The translations under genes and the position numbers were made by a program. DNA of 64,000 bases from Octopus vulgaris (lineage: Eukaryota): positions 7,378,001 through 7,442,000 of the forward strand of contig OX597830.1 in NCBI GenBank assembly GCA_951406725.2, written 5' to 3'. Shown piece after piece: positions 40,776 to 56,443 of this stretch (its first letter is position 1; every line of letters begins with the position of its first letter). The notes beneath the pieces are model-generated. The model saw only the letters and a list, made by a program, of their open reading frames with translations. It had not been told where the DNA came from and made no database searches.

Positions 40776-41223
40776 GTATTATAATGTACGTGTCAGGAGC
40801 TTCATGTGGACAGATTATCCTATTACAATATCAACTGTTGTATGCATTACAACGTATTATATGCAGTGTAATAGGTCTCAGCGTACATATGTTATAATAT
40901 ATTATAATGTATACGTAGGCAAAATACTTTTGTGTTCTATAATTTACTATAATATATTTTACTGTTTGCATATTAACCTAGATGTGAAACGAATATCTGG
41001 CGATCATTTATTAGGAACCGGTTCTGTTCTGTGTTCAAATTCTATCGAATTCTATGAAATTCTATCAAAAAAATCAACTTCCGGTTTCGATATAATAGTT
41101 TTCTAATACTCAGAACAAATTATGCAATTATATCTTTTCTAAAAAAATATGCTTCCTTTAGTGGAACATTACCAGCCGTCCTTGAAAATATATCAGTTCA
41201 ATTTCTACTACAACTACTAGAGT

Positions 41224-41540
41224 GGAGGCGCAATGGCCCAGCGGTTAGGGCAGTCGCAGACTCGCGGTCGTAGGAACGCGGTTTCGATTCCCAGACCGGG
41301 CGTTGTGAGTGCTTATTGAGTGAAAACGCCTAAAGCTCCACAACCTTCACTCTTTCTTCCTGTTTCTATTGTACCTGTATTTTAAAAGGGTCATCCTCGT
41401 ACGCTGAATCTCCCTGATAAGTACGTTAAGAGGTGCACGTGTCTGTGGAATGCTCAGCCACTTGCACGCTAATTTCACGAGCAGGCTGTTCCGTTGATCG
41501 GATCAACTGGAACCCTTATCGTCGTAACCGACGAAGTGCC
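41224..41540 (+). mobile_element. tRNA-derived SINE, family C
   Basis: tggcccagcggttaggg A box, ggtttcgattcc B box; 3' tail shared with 63047-63368. Confidence 0.8.
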
Positions 41541-42019
41541 TCGACATCAACTACAGCAAAAAAATAATTACACAAGTGATTCAATTATCGATGTTAAAAA
41601 AAAATTTACATCTGCGATATTTTATTTGCTAGTTATAAATGTTGTCTGAATCTAAATTAAAATCGCAATTTGTTTTATCTGATACGTACGTATTTATTTA
41701 TCTATTTAGTCTAAATGCTTAGGTGGTTCTCCGTCGTTTGACTAAGAGGATTCAGTCGTTCATTTAACTGAATTACCTGCTTATAATTTTCATGCAACAA
41801 CAGGATGACACAATGTGACATCGAGTGACTAGGCTGCACCTGTGAACAAAAGGTTCAATCCATCTGTAAAAGATTAACGGATTTAACGATTAAACTATTA
41901 AAATAATACTTATCTAGATTATATATTTTCATCAGATCTATCATACTTCACCTAGGTACTCACCCCGAATTTCTAACGAGATCTAACCAATTTGTCATCT
42001 TACCCTGAATATAATAACC

Positions 42020-43050
42020 TTATCTACCATAGATACAAGGCCTGAAATTCTAGAGGAAGGGGCTTGTTGAATACATTGACCCCATGCTTCATTGGTAATT
42101 ATTTTATCGAACCCTCTGAAAGAGCAGAATTTGAACTCTGATCGTAAAGATGGACGAAATGCCGTTAAGCATTTTCCGGGTATTCTAACGATTCTGCCAG
42201 CTCGTCACCTTCGTTCTGCGCCATATTTGCAGTTTATAACTAATATAATACATACAGCGTAAGAACCAGTGAAACTGGTGCTTCTAAGATGTACCTCAGT
42301 TTTCAAAAAATGGCTAAAATTATACATAGAGAAACAAAAGTGATTTTCCGGAGCCTTTGGTTTCAAAGCTTTACCGGATTACAGTCTTTTCCGAACCAAG
42401 TGTGGCCACCTTGGTGATCAAACTCTAAGTTAAATAATTATGAAATTTACTTAAATGAAATACAGTTAACAGTACACTAGTGTGAATTAGGGTGGATCAT
42501 AAAAGGTTGTGGCTTATCAGTGTCCGAAAAGTCAGGGTTGTAGATGTACAAGGATCGCGAAAAGAATCCCTTAACATTCAGACAATCTGAAAACGCTCAG
42601 TAGTAAACTATGAATAAATACCTTCACGTTGCCTGCGAGCGCAGTGTAATGCCAATTAAGCTGACCAGTTTAACTGAGGCCTTAGTATGTATAGTATATA
42701 CATTATGACAATTTGGAAGGCATTTTATGTTCAGATTTCTAATTCAACCGAGGTCGTCTTTGCCTTTCATCCTTTCAGGATCGATAAAATAAGTCGACGT
42801 AATTGATTTATACCCACACACACTACGAAAACATTACTGGCCTTGTGTCATAATTTGAAACCAATATTTCGGAAAACGATATTGTTCATATTGTAAATAT
42901 CTTATATCATGGCAGAATCGTTAGCACGCCGGACAAAATGCTTAGCGGCATTTCGTCCGTCTTTACGTCCAGAGTTCAAATTCCTCTTTTCGGAGGGGTC
43001 GATAAAATAATGACTTACGAAGCACTGGGGTCAATGTTATCGACAGGCCC
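42020..43050. mobile_element. cluster of family A SINE copies (42020-42212 minus; 42720-42865 plus; 42908-43050 plus)
   Basis: Each has recognisable head or Meta-like core. Confidence 0.7.
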
Positions 43051-43669
43051 CTTCTTCTAACCCACTTTATGGTTAGATGATGCTTTTTCTCTGATGAACG
43101 TGAAACAAGACTAAAAACTAGCAAGCTTGTTATAGCAGTTTCTTTCCGCACATACATAGCAGATGCGGTATAAACGCTTCGCTCATTTTTCTCAGCATCT
43201 TAATTATTTAAAAACGAATTTGTGTATAACTTACATTTCAATAATTTAAAAACTCTGTTTAATGCACTATGAAATACTTTGTAACTACGAAATTGCCTTT
43301 CTACGCTTGATCAACTCAAATATAGTGGAAATTACGATTATGCTTCCAGTGCGTATATAAGTGCGTGTGTGTGTGTGTGTATATGTATATGTGTACATGT
43401 GTGTATGTGTACACGTATGAATATTGTACGTCAATTAATTTTTCTGACATATAAATGTATGATTGTTATGAAAATAAGAATATGTGTGTTTGTAAAAATA
43501 TGTACGTACGTATACGTATGTGTACACATGTGTATATATGTGTGTATGTATGTGTGCGTGTGAATGTAAGTGTACACATACGTATATTTGTGTGTGTATG
43601 TATATATTATATTATATATACATATATATATATATGTATTATATTATCTATACATACATATATATATAT

Positions 43670-43729
<60 letters not shown>

Positions 43730-43735
43730 CAAGCA

Positions 43736-43787
<52 letters not shown>

Positions 43788-43836
43788 AGCACTCATATAT
43801 ATATATACTCATGGATTGAGTGCTTGGAAGTTAGAG

Positions 43837-43870
<34 letters not shown>

Positions 43871-44472
43871 GAACATATAGTTGGTTGTGTGTATCACAAG
43901 GATGTGTAATTGTGTATGCATATGTCAGTGTACGTATGCGTGTTTTTGCGTAGTCTCACATCAATATGTACGCACGTCTGTCTCTGTGCGTGTGTCTGTG
44001 TCTGTGTGTGTCTGTGTGTGTCTGTGTGTGTGTCTGTGTCTGTGTGTGTCTGTGTGTGTGTGTGTCTGTGTCTGTGTGTGTCTGTGTGTGTGTGTGGATG
44101 CTCAAATATAAGATGGCAGATTTCGATACGGTCGAACTGGTTCGTTCATTTTGAAACAGTTGTTAAAACATCAGTGCGTATTGCTGTTGAAGTAAGCGTC
44201 GAACCGCGAAGAAATCGTCTTGAGGCGGACGTTGACAAATAGTCAGAAAGATAGTTTTATAATCATTTATACTTAATTCACCATTCCGTTTCAATTTCTA
44301 TCAACATAGAAGAAAATTGAAGTGAATATTACCATACATACAAGTAATATTGCAAATTATGCTTGTGTGTGTGCTTCTATATACATACATGAATATGTAT
44401 GTATACACACACACACACATATATATATACAGATATAAATGCATGTGTATATATGTACAAATATATATATGC

Positions 44473-44520
<48 letters not shown>

Positions 44521-44583
44521 ATGTATATATGAAGGTATGTATATCGACATGTAAACATTCAAATGTATATACGTATATGCATA

Positions 44584-44661
<78 letters not shown>

Positions 44662-44685
44662 TACATATATATATGTATATATTTG

Positions 44686-44734
<49 letters not shown>

Positions 44735-45325
44735 GTGAAAATAAGTGATATTAGGAGAAAGAAAAAGTATGGAAATATTAGGTTTTTGTTGTTTTTTTGT
44801 AATAATCAAAAAATTAGAAAAATAAAAAAAATATTGTTGAGATTGAAATTGAAAATAATAGTTGTAGACTAGAAGAGAGAAATGAGAGGAAACTTAGAGG
44901 AAAATTAGATGAAAGGATATGATTGGTTAATAATAAGTAAATAGGGGAAATGAAATGAAAAGAAAGATAAAAAGCGACAAGTGAAGAAAATATGAAATGC
45001 AAAAAAAAAAATGAGATAGGCAGAAAGAGAGAGTGGGACGGTGAAAGAGAGAGAGTGCGAGAGAACGGGGAGAGGAGTAGAGAGGTAAAGAATATTGATA
45101 TGAAGACTTGTATGTAACATGAAAGTACGAGAAGTGAGAGTAGAAAGGAGGGGGGTGGTGGGAATGAAAGAAAGGAAGAAAATAAAGAGAGGAAGAAGGA
45201 AGGTAATTGAATGAAGGCATAAAGTGTAAGGTGGCACAGAAATGGACTGAAAGTCTATGGATCTATGCATCTTTATACAATATGTATATATTTATGTTTG
45301 TATACGTATACACACACACACACAC

Positions 45326-45360
<35 letters not shown>

Positions 45361-45405
45361 TTGTGTACTATATTGGACAATGTTCATTTTATATCTTTAA
45401 ATAAG

Positions 45406-45463
<58 letters not shown>

Positions 45464-45501
45464 CATGTATGTATATATATATTTCTATATATATGTAAAT
45501 G

Positions 45502-45575
<74 letters not shown>

Positions 45576-45756
45576 TGTATGTATGTATGTATATAAATGC
45601 TTATGGATATGTTTATATATGTGCGTGTTTATGTATCCATATTCAATCAAAATTCTACCCTCTTCTATCATACCTACACACCACATCTCGCTTCGCAGTT
45701 TATCTTTTAAGCTCTCTACCTCCCGTTGCATGCATATATATATATTTATTTATATT

Positions 45757-45817
<61 letters not shown>

Positions 45818-46068
45818 TATATGTACACATATATATAGACATGTATGTACCTATGTAGGTTGAGTGTAAACCATTTGTACACAACGCTGCTTCTTCACAC
45901 GCTGCTGCTTTCCAATAACCGATATATTGAACCGGTTATTAAACACAAGACTCATTATCAATACAATAATTCGATTTCTTTTTTTAAATGAGCAAGAAAT
46001 TGTGCGAAAACATATTTGCGAAAATGATAGAATTTTAGGTGTATACATGTATATATACAAATGCATAG

Positions 46069-46123
<55 letters not shown>

Positions 46124-46401
46124 TATATATATATATGTATATATATAAATGTATGTATCTATGTATGTATATACATATATATTATATATACATATGTATG
46201 TACATATAAATGTTTATGTATATTTATACATAAATATATTTGTCTATGTGTGTAAATATACATATATATACAATATATATATATATATGTATGTATGTAT
46301 ATATATATATGTATATATACATAGATATATAAATACATCTGTGTGTGTTTATTCTGATTGTGGCTCATAGCTTCCATATTTTTGTATCTTCATCATATCA
46401 C

Positions 46402-46512
<111 letters not shown>

Positions 46513-46762
46513 CGTCATCATCATCATCATCTTTATCATTATTACTAACAGATTTTTTTTTACTGCATATTTTGTAGTTGTCACCAGTTTTTATATTATT
46601 TCATTTTTTGGGTAAAAATATCGCCAAGAAATTGGATACGTTCAGAACTTATGGATTTCATGCTTTCTATGTGGAATTAAATGGTAACGTCACATCTGAT
46701 CATGGTTTTCGTGGAGAAATTAAAATTAAAATAGGAGAGAAACAGTACAAACTTTTATGTTA

Positions 46763-46830
<68 letters not shown>

Positions 46831-46845
46831 GTATATATGTATATA

Positions 46846-46889
<44 letters not shown>

Positions 46890-47170
46890 TACATATATAC
46901 ATATATATATACTTACACAGACGTATATATATATATATACATATATGTATATATACATAGATACATATATATACATACATACATATATACATATAAATAT
47001 ATATATATATACATATATACAAGTAGATATATATGAATATGCACAAATATTATTACCTGTGCACACAAGTGTGGGCATGTGCATAAGTATATATGGCCAT
47101 TTAAATGTATATTTGTATGCATACGAATACGTGTGTATATACATATATTTACACAAATATATATATATAT

Positions 47171-47243
<73 letters not shown>

Positions 47244-48258
47244 CTTATATCTGTATATACGTATATATATACATATATAGATACATAAATATATATATAT
47301 GTGTGTATGTATGTATATATATATATATATATATACGTATGTATATATGTATATACATATTTTATATCTCTCTGTACGTATGTATGTATTTGGTGTGTGT
47401 GTATATATGCTTATGTGAGTGCTTTTCTGTGTGTTTGAGTGTGCGTGAGAGAGTGTCTGTCTAATGCATATTTATTATTTATTATTTGTTATTTGTTATT
47501 CTTTATTATTTGTTTGTTGTTCAGCAATACATGTCTTTTTGAATGATTTATTTTGCAGAAAAAACTGTGCATTTAGAAAATGTGTGTGTGTATATACGTA
47601 TATTGAAATGTGTGTGTGTGTGTGTGCTGATCTATGTTTATAAATATGAGATATGGGTGTTGTGTGTGTTGTGTGTGTGTGTGTATGTGTGTGTGATGCC
47701 TAAATATTTGCATTTTTTTTAACATTTCGTTTCTAAAGATCTGTTTTTTTCAGCATTACTACCGACAACACCACCACCACCAGCACCATCATCATCATCG
47801 CCACCACCACCACCATAGAATGCATTACTGTCCCCTCGTCACCATCTCACTACAACTACCACTTTTCCTCTTACAACACCACCACTCCCACCAGCATCAC
47901 CACCACCAATCCTAACAGCATAACTTTACGACCACGCCTACGACGACGACCACCACCACCACCATCGTTATCATCATCATCATCGCCACCCCCATCATCG
48001 ACCTCATTTTTTATCGCCCCTCCCTCCTTTTTATGTTTTCCAGTTATTTAATCACCCACATTCCATTATCTTCGAAGAATTTCTTCAAAATTTCACCATC
48101 ATTCAAAATCTTTTTTTATTCTTTCAATTCCAAACGTTTGGCCATTTCCTCTCCTTTAACAATAACTGACAACTTTTTACTCATTACATTTTAACATATT
48201 TAGGTTTGTACAAAAAACACATATGCGTATACGCACCCATCCATCCATCATATATACA

Positions 48259-48296
<38 letters not shown>

Positions 48297-48485
48297 TATA
48301 CATATATATACCCATATATACATATATATATTTATATATATATATATACATGCATATATATACATTTATATATATATATATATATATATATAAATACACA
48401 TATACCTATATATGTATATAACTATATCTATCTATCTATCTATCTATTTCTCTCTCTCTCTCTCTTCCTCTCTCTCTCTCTCTTC

Positions 48486-48551
<66 letters not shown>

Positions 48552-49087
48552 GTATGTATGTATATATATATATGTATATATATATACGTATTCTTGGGCT
48601 TATTGATTTCGTTATAGGCATGTGCTGTTGTGTAACTATATATGTATATATGTTTGATCTAAATATGCCCATGCAACATATGCAAGCGTGCATGTAAAAC
48701 GGTGAGTGTATACATCTAGGTGTGTGTGTGTGTGTGTTTTTTGTGTTGCTTTCTGACTTCTAAGTTTTTGCCAATAGAGACATCACATAGATTCAAGATG
48801 GTTCCGAGATGGAATGATTTTCTCTGGTTTTGACAATTTAACTTACTTTGATTGGTTTAAAGTATGGATAAAAAGAGAGAGAGAGAAGGAGAGTGAGAGA
48901 AGAAGGTTGGCACGAAGGGGAATGAAAGTGAAACTTTAAAAGTTGAGGGAGACGTGATAAAAGGAAAAAATAACTGCAAAAAAGAAACACAGGAAGAGGG
49001 TGATGAAACTTAAAGTAACAGAAGTTAATTGTGAGTTGGAAATATGGATGCGTGTGTTTGATTTGTATGTATGTTTGTATGCATATG

Positions 49088-49119
<32 letters not shown>

Positions 49120-49842
49120 TGTATGTATGTATGTATGTATAGATAGATAGACATACAGACAAACAGATAGACTGACAGACAGAGAGATAGATAGACAGAC
49201 AGACAGACGGATGGACAGACAGACAGATAGGTAGATAGATAGTTAGATAGATAGACAGACAGACGGATGGACAGATAGATAGATACATACATATATACAT
49301 ACATACATGCGTACATACATACATACATACATACATACATACATACATACATACATACATACATACAAAACATACATACATAAATATACACACACACACA
49401 ATTCAAATATGAAGACAAAGATTTTTTTAAATTTTTAATGATGAGATACGTTTGTTTCTGTACCAAATTCTGCTTCCAACGCCAGTTCCCGCAAGAGGTC
49501 AAGGTGAGGATTTACTTCATATTTGAGGGCTTCATCATTAGCGTGGCACTTCATCAAACCTTCATCAAAGGTGCGCTCTTATATTCTGCGCCTGCTAGAC
49601 TTTGCGTATTGCTTATATCAGGAGGAAAAAGTCAAATAATATTATATATATATATGCTTTCCCAACCAGATTTCGTAATTATAATTCATCACTATAAGCA
49701 CGTGTCTCGAAGAAAGTGGACAGAAATTACTAAAAAATTCCGTTATTATCATATCGGACCCGAATTATATGGTTATTGACGATGTGTCTTTTTTAGGCAT
49801 ATTTAGCATTAAAATGTTTTTCTTTTGCCCTTGTTTATAAGT

Positions 49843-49932
<90 letters not shown>

Positions 49933-49959
49933 TGTATGTATGTATCTATATATAATCGA

Positions 49960-50519
49960 CCCTTTTCGTCTATGTAGACGGTCAATTTAGCGTAGAATGT
50001 AATAGAATGTATCAGGGCTTCCCTTTCTTGCAGCTTCTTTCATGGCTGATTATTCCTATGACTGAAGCACAGCTTCTGTCACCGCACTTGCATACCAAGA
50101 GGGTGGATCTCAGTGCTCGGCATTTCTGTTGTTTTCCTTTCGCCGCTGACCGTTTCTCAACTTGTTTGTTTCTGTAGCTGTTCCCCAGCAAAGTAGTTCC
50201 TTCCTTCACCACAGTTCTCCATGTTGTTCTCTCCTCAGCCCTCTCTTCCCAGGTGCTGACATCCAACTCACACTTGGACAAACTAGTTTTGCAAGTGTCC
50301 ATATACCTCAGTTTTGGTCTTCCTCTTGGTCTCTTGCCCTGGGCCAGTTCTCCATAGAGTAGCTGCTTCGGGATTCGATGGTCATCCGTTCTCCTGACAT
50401 GCCCCAGTCACCTCACTCTTCTCATACACAAGATAGCTGTCATGCTTTGAAGATTCGCCTGGGCCAGCACTTCAACATTGGTGAATTTGTGAGGCCTAAG
50501 ATCTTGCGGAGGAATCTGA

Positions 50520-50520
<1 letters not shown>
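49960..50520 (-). pseudogene. RTE-clade LINE 3' end (post-RT region)
   Basis: [88 protein letters not shown]. Confidence 0.9.
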
Positions 50521-50589
<69 letters not shown>

Positions 50590-50681
50590 GTGGTGATAAT
50601 AATAATAATAATAACAATAACAACAACAGCAGCACAAACAACAACAACAACAATAATAATAATAATGATGATAATAATAAA

Positions 50682-51216
50682 TGCCCTGATGCAGTACCAG
50701 GCAGTGTCTCTCGTGGCTTCTGATCTTAACTAATTGGAAGTGTCATCATGTACATTGTTTTGTCTTGGTATAAAAGATGGTCTATAGCAAAGATTTGCTT
50801 GTCAGTTGTTTGACCGTAACCAGTTGACCATGTCCCTTAGTGGCTGACGATATGCGCATCTCTGATCACGAGCAGAATTAGTGGAAGAGCATCATAGCCG
50901 TGTGTTGAGAGGGATTATTTGTGGTTTGAATAATTCACCTCTGGAAACATAGGTGTTTCGTTCAACAACCTTAAACAATCCTTATTCAGGGACCTTTTGA
51001 GCGGGATTGGTTACTCAACCAGAAGAAAATTGTAACTGGGCCCTACCTGCAAGGTCATGTGCTGTTTATCTTGGTATGAGATTACCATGTTGCGCACATA
51101 TGGTTGTGATGCATTACCTAGTGTACCCTTATCATACTGGTAGTCATGATGGGTATTTTGGGCTTTGTATATTTTACCCCAGTATCAATTTGATGGTATG
51201 CACTGCTCTCTCAATC

Positions 51217-51280
<64 letters not shown>

Positions 51281-51712
51281 CCCCGATGCGGTGACTCCAT
51301 TGGCTTCTGATATCAACTGATGTTATCACACACGTGTTTTGTCTTAGTGTCAAAGATGGGCTACAGCAAATAATCTGCTCAATACTACAGATTTGCTTGT
51401 CATTTGCTTGCCCTTAACCAACTGAGCATGTCCCTTGGTGTCTAACAATATGTGCATCTCTGATCAAGAGCGGAAGTGGGGGAATCATCATAGCCATGTG
51501 CTGACAGAGATTCATTGGGGTTTGAATAATTCTCCCCTGGAAACATGGGTGTTTTACTCATTATACTTAAACTATCTTTATTTAGGGACCTGTTGAACAG
51601 AATGAGCTACACGACCTAAAAAAATCCAAGTTGGCCCTACTTTCAACGTCGTGCACTGTTTATCTGTGATATGAGATCACGATGTCACACACGTATCGTT
51701 GTGGTGCATGTG
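50682..51712. repeat. two tandem diverged copies (50682-51218, 51278-51712) of an interspersed repeat bounded by (AAT)n
   Basis: atgccctgatgcag / atgccccgatgcgg starts and colinear internal similarity. Confidence 0.8.
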
Positions 51713-52011
51713 TGTGTGCGCGTTTGTGTGTGATTTTGTGCCTGTGTTTGTCCTTCAACACCGCTTGACAACCAGTGTTCTCGTGTCCGATAAAATAATT
51801 ACCAGACATCAAAGAAAAGTAATAAATTCTGGGGTTGATTCGTTCGACTAAAAGTTCTTCAGGTAATGCCCCAGTATGGCCGCAGTCTATTGACTAAAAC
51901 AGGTAACAGATAAAAGATACAAATCTTAATAATATTTAATCATAAAAATATAATAGAAATAATACATTTCTAAATCTCTCGGAGAGATTTATGCGGTAGC
52001 AGCACGATAAA

Positions 52012-52336
52012 GTGATAGCATGTTGTCAACTTAATGTGACAGTCCCATTAAAGGGAAGAATACTACTGTTATTTAACCCTAGGAAACATCGTTTCCTGTT
52101 GGACTTGACACATTTCCTGTGTCCTTATTCTACTCCAGACTGATAATGAGCTATGACTCTCAAACTTGTTTCTGGATGCTGGCTTTGCTACGTGGTGGTG
52201 CTTGTCTCCACTTTGAAAACTAAGGACGCAGGTAATGTGTCAAGTCCAACAGGAAACGATGTTTCCTAGGGTTAAATAACAGTAGCATTCTTCCCTATCA
52301 TGGGTCTGTCACATTAAGTTGACAACATACTATCAC
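52012..52336 (+). mobile_element. fold-back element with decayed hammerhead-like motif in the loop
   Basis: ~115-bp arms 52012-52127 / 52221-52336; TCCAGA-CTGATAA-tgagctatgactct-caaac-tt-GTT-TCTGGA (52134-52176). Confidence 0.7.
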
Positions 52337-53135
52337 CTTAATAAAAACATAAAATAATTTTTTAAGCATAAAATGTTCTGGAGGGTCCATTCGATTTAAA
52401 TAGGAAACCAAGGGGTCCAGAGAGAAAAAAATGGGTGAGAAAATGTGAATTAGGGGTTGAAAGAAATGAAAAAGATAGCCGAGGATCTTGGCGTGGGAAA
52501 ACTTTGCAGGATAGTGACCGAAATAATAGTAATTGGATGGTGTATACAGGGTGTCCACAAAATTACAATTTGAAAAATTCAGGGAAAAACGAAAGGATGA
52601 CTAAGCAGAATTTATTGGAAAACATTGGTAAATAAATAAAGGCTTATTAGAAACACCAGAACACTTCGACTGGGGCTCCAATGGTCGCACGTGACATGCT
52701 ACGTTGTCATTATTTTGTTAGACATTTTTCTATCCTGAAAAAGGGACCTGATGGTCACGGTTGGAATGCATTCGATCGTAGATTCGTAGATTTTGTTCAG
52801 TCAGAATTGAAAGAAAGTTAAACAAGAACTACATCAACAACAATATGGTAAAATGCTGCCATCTGGTGGATGTATTACTACAATAAGAACTGGTCAAATA
52901 GAAAATATTTGGTGATATTTCATCCGAAAGAATTTATTTTTAAAGTTATATTTTCTTCATTTTTCTTGTGGATTTAGACAGGCAAACAGACGCAACCGTT
53001 ATATGCACATACCTTATACACACACAGATACATTGTATATACACACTCACACACACATATGTATATATACACACTACAAATATCTCTATGTTGTATACTA
53101 TGTATATTCATGTATATATGTATGTGCGTGAGTAT

Positions 53136-53181
<46 letters not shown>

Positions 53182-53247
53182 TTGGATATGGTTCCGTGTG
53201 TCGGTACGTATTTATATATATATATATACATACATATATAAATATGT

Positions 53248-53279
<32 letters not shown>

Positions 53280-53343
53280 TAATATACACCCATGTACATA
53301 CATCTATACGTATATATAGACAGATCTATACGTATTGATAGAC

Positions 53344-53385
<42 letters not shown>

Positions 53386-53557
53386 GTAGATAGATACACA
53401 TACATAGATACATGCGTACTATATACTGAGAAAGAGAGAGCGACACAGGAAGAGTGAAAAATACAAGAATATAAAGATAATGACAGTCAGATACAAACTC
53501 ACACACACATGCGCGCACATACATGCAGACACAACAACATACCCCATCCCACATATA

Positions 53558-53622
<65 letters not shown>

Positions 53623-54038
53623 GCAGACCACCATCACCACCACCTCCATACAGACACAATAAAAGCTAACACCAGTGAGTTGCTTGTTGTTTAATGGTTC
53701 GTATGACAATCCGATAACTATCATTATTATGGCGTTGAATATAAGATTGTTGCTAATATTGATGTATTAATGAGGCATGAAAGCCTCATATTTATCTAGG
53801 GAGGTGGTAGGATGTGGGGTAGGTAGTAGTCGTAATGGTGGTGGTGGTGTTGGTGGTGGTGGTAGTGGTGGTGGTGGTGGTGGTGGTAGTGGAGGTAGTT
53901 TGGGGACTGGGAAAGTTGGTTTGTGTGTGTTTATATGTGTGTGTATCTGTTTAGTTTATGTGTATATGTGTGTGTGTCTGCATGTGTCTATGTGTCCGTG
54001 TGTTTATGTGTATGTATACGTGTGTGAGTCTATATATT

Positions 54039-54104
<66 letters not shown>

Positions 54105-54482
54105 GGCGTGTGTGTGTGTGAGTATGTGCCTTTATATATGTCTATGTATATATGTGCATGTGTGTGTGTGTGCCCATATTTGTTGTATGGACAGCTATCA
54201 TGTTTTCTGTTTCATGGTGTTTTCCCGACGGTGGAATTGTCGTGAATCTTTGGTTTTCTGCAGAATGTGGAGGAGTTTTCTCACTGAAGCGAACCTTTGC
54301 TGTCCCGCATACAATTCTGTTTAAATTCCAAAGGATTTCATTTTTAAGGTTTCAAAGAATTTCCTTCCAAATTCCCAAAGTGAACGGCAACAACTCTTCC
54401 AACTCTCCCACAGAATATATCGCAACTCAGCAAGCATTGTTCTCAGACTTTTGTCTTGAAACCCATGTAACCGATGTAGATA

Positions 54483-54822
54483 CTGGTTTTAAATTTTGGC
54501 ACAACGCCAGCAATTTCGGGAAAGGGGGAAATCAATTACATCAACCCACGTTTTCGACCCCGAAAAGAATAAAAGACAAAGTCGACATCGACGCGATTTG
54601 AACTCAGAACTCAAAGACGGACGAAATACCGCTAAGTATTTTGCCAGGCGCGTTACCGATTCTGCTATCTCACTGATGAAGATTTTATTTTCTTCTCTAG
54701 GCACAAGGCCCGAAATTTTTGGTGAGGGGGCCAGTCGATTAGATCGACTCCAGTGCGCAACTGGTACTTAAATTATCGATCCCGAAAGGATGAAAGGTAC
54801 AGTCGACCTCGGCGGAATTTGA
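54483..54822 (-). mobile_element. two family A SINEs in tandem
   Basis: 54483-54672 and 54688-54822. Confidence 0.8.
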
Positions 54823-55261
54823 AAAACCCGATGAAGATATTAAGATGAAAATCTTTTGTTTCCTTTGAAATGTTATTCATTTGGAAACCTTATTTCTTGG
54901 AGAGATAATCGTATTCTTCGACACAACATTTTGCCAAAGTTTTTCCACCACACAACTAGAATTAAGGAATTTACAATGACCACGTGAGTCCATACTCTTC
55001 CATGCAACCATTCACCATCACACCATTCCATGCAACTCTATATTACATTGCTCCATACCATTCTACACCATTCCATTCCACACCAGAATATAGAGCCCTC
55101 ACCACTCGCCAACACACCGTGGAACCCTAGGCTGGATCACAACACATTACACCTCGTCACAATAGGATTTCTCAAAACCTATGTTATCTCGTAAATTTAG
55201 GTTGAATGACATATTGTTTTTACATTATTGATGTTCTTGTCTGTTCGTCAAATGCGGAGTA

Positions 55262-55500
55262 CAGTAATCCCTCGCCATTTTGTGGTTCACCTATCGCGGT
55301 TCACTTATCGCGGTTTATTATTTAAGCTTACGTCGATTCCTCCATAGTGTTGTTTTGCATTTATATTAAAATAAATATATACAAATTATAAAAATAATTT
55401 TTAAAAATACACAGTTCAGTACTGTTTCTACTTCCGGATTATTTCCCCCTATCGCAGGGTGCTGTGGAACGTAACATCCGCGATAATCGAGGGATTACTG
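55262..55500. mobile_element. Tigger/pogo-like MITE
   Basis: TIRs cagtaatccctcg / cgagggattactg; TA on the left. Confidence 0.85.
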
Positions 55501-56065
55501 TTCTAAATATGTTTGTTTGTTGTTTGGATTTCTTCACTGTGTCTTTTATGTGTGTTGTTTTAGGATTGTTGTAGAAGCGTTGTCAAGTATTCCTTGTATT
55601 TTTGTCTTGAGATTCTGAATGAGTCATCGGCGCATGCGTTGACGTTTTGTCCCTACCCGGACACGGTTATTGTTTCTTCAAGTATAATTTTGAAAGCTGA
55701 GTTAACAGGTAGGAATTACAACCAGATGGAATCTGCAAGAGGATTAAAAACACAATGTCTCCGATATCCAAGCAGTTAAAATGTGTCAGCAGAACAACTG
55801 CCAGTATTCATGACCTGGGTGCGACACAGACTCCTTAGACGGTAAGAAGTTAAGGGCCGAAACACTTGCCTGATTGGGAAGGGGATCTCTGAGAACCTCC
55901 TGCTGCTCAGATCTCTTAAGTGTTTCATAAAACTGTTGCGACAACTGTGCTTCCTGCCATATTCGCTGTCTTCCTTCAGAGCGGTTACACCAGGGAACAT
56001 CAAATGCAGACAACTACCACATTCACCAAATTAAGCACACAACAGAAAAATACGAAAACAAAATA

Positions 56066-56443
56066 CAGTAGAACCTCGCAGTACGAATGCTCCACTGTAC
56101 GAGTAATTTGCAGTACGAGCCGAGACTCGTGTGAATTTTTGTCTTGAAGTACGAGCGGAAATCCGCAGTACGAGCACACAGATCGTCCAATCTTGAAGGT
56201 AATTCAGTTAATAAAACCAGTTTACATATTTCTGTTGTATTCTCTTTTTTTCATAACCATCATTTAACTTGTAACTACACCTTTTCTGTTTTAAAACCCA
56301 TGAAAAATTATTTTTGAGTGGTTTGGGGGTGGGGAGGGCTGGAACGGATTAATTAGGTGTCAGTTAATTTCAATGGGGAAAATTGATTTCTAAGACGAGC
56401 TGGGTCATTGAACGAATGAAACTCGTACTGCGGGGTATCACTG
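56066..56443. mobile_element. Tigger/pogo-like MITE
   Basis: TA|cagtagaacctcgcagtacga ... tcgtactgcggggtatcactg|TA. Confidence 0.85.

Noticed and set aside
43085-43135. CTGATGA-acgt-GAAAC minimal hammerhead
   Set aside because: No adjacent stem I for either possible cleavage triplet
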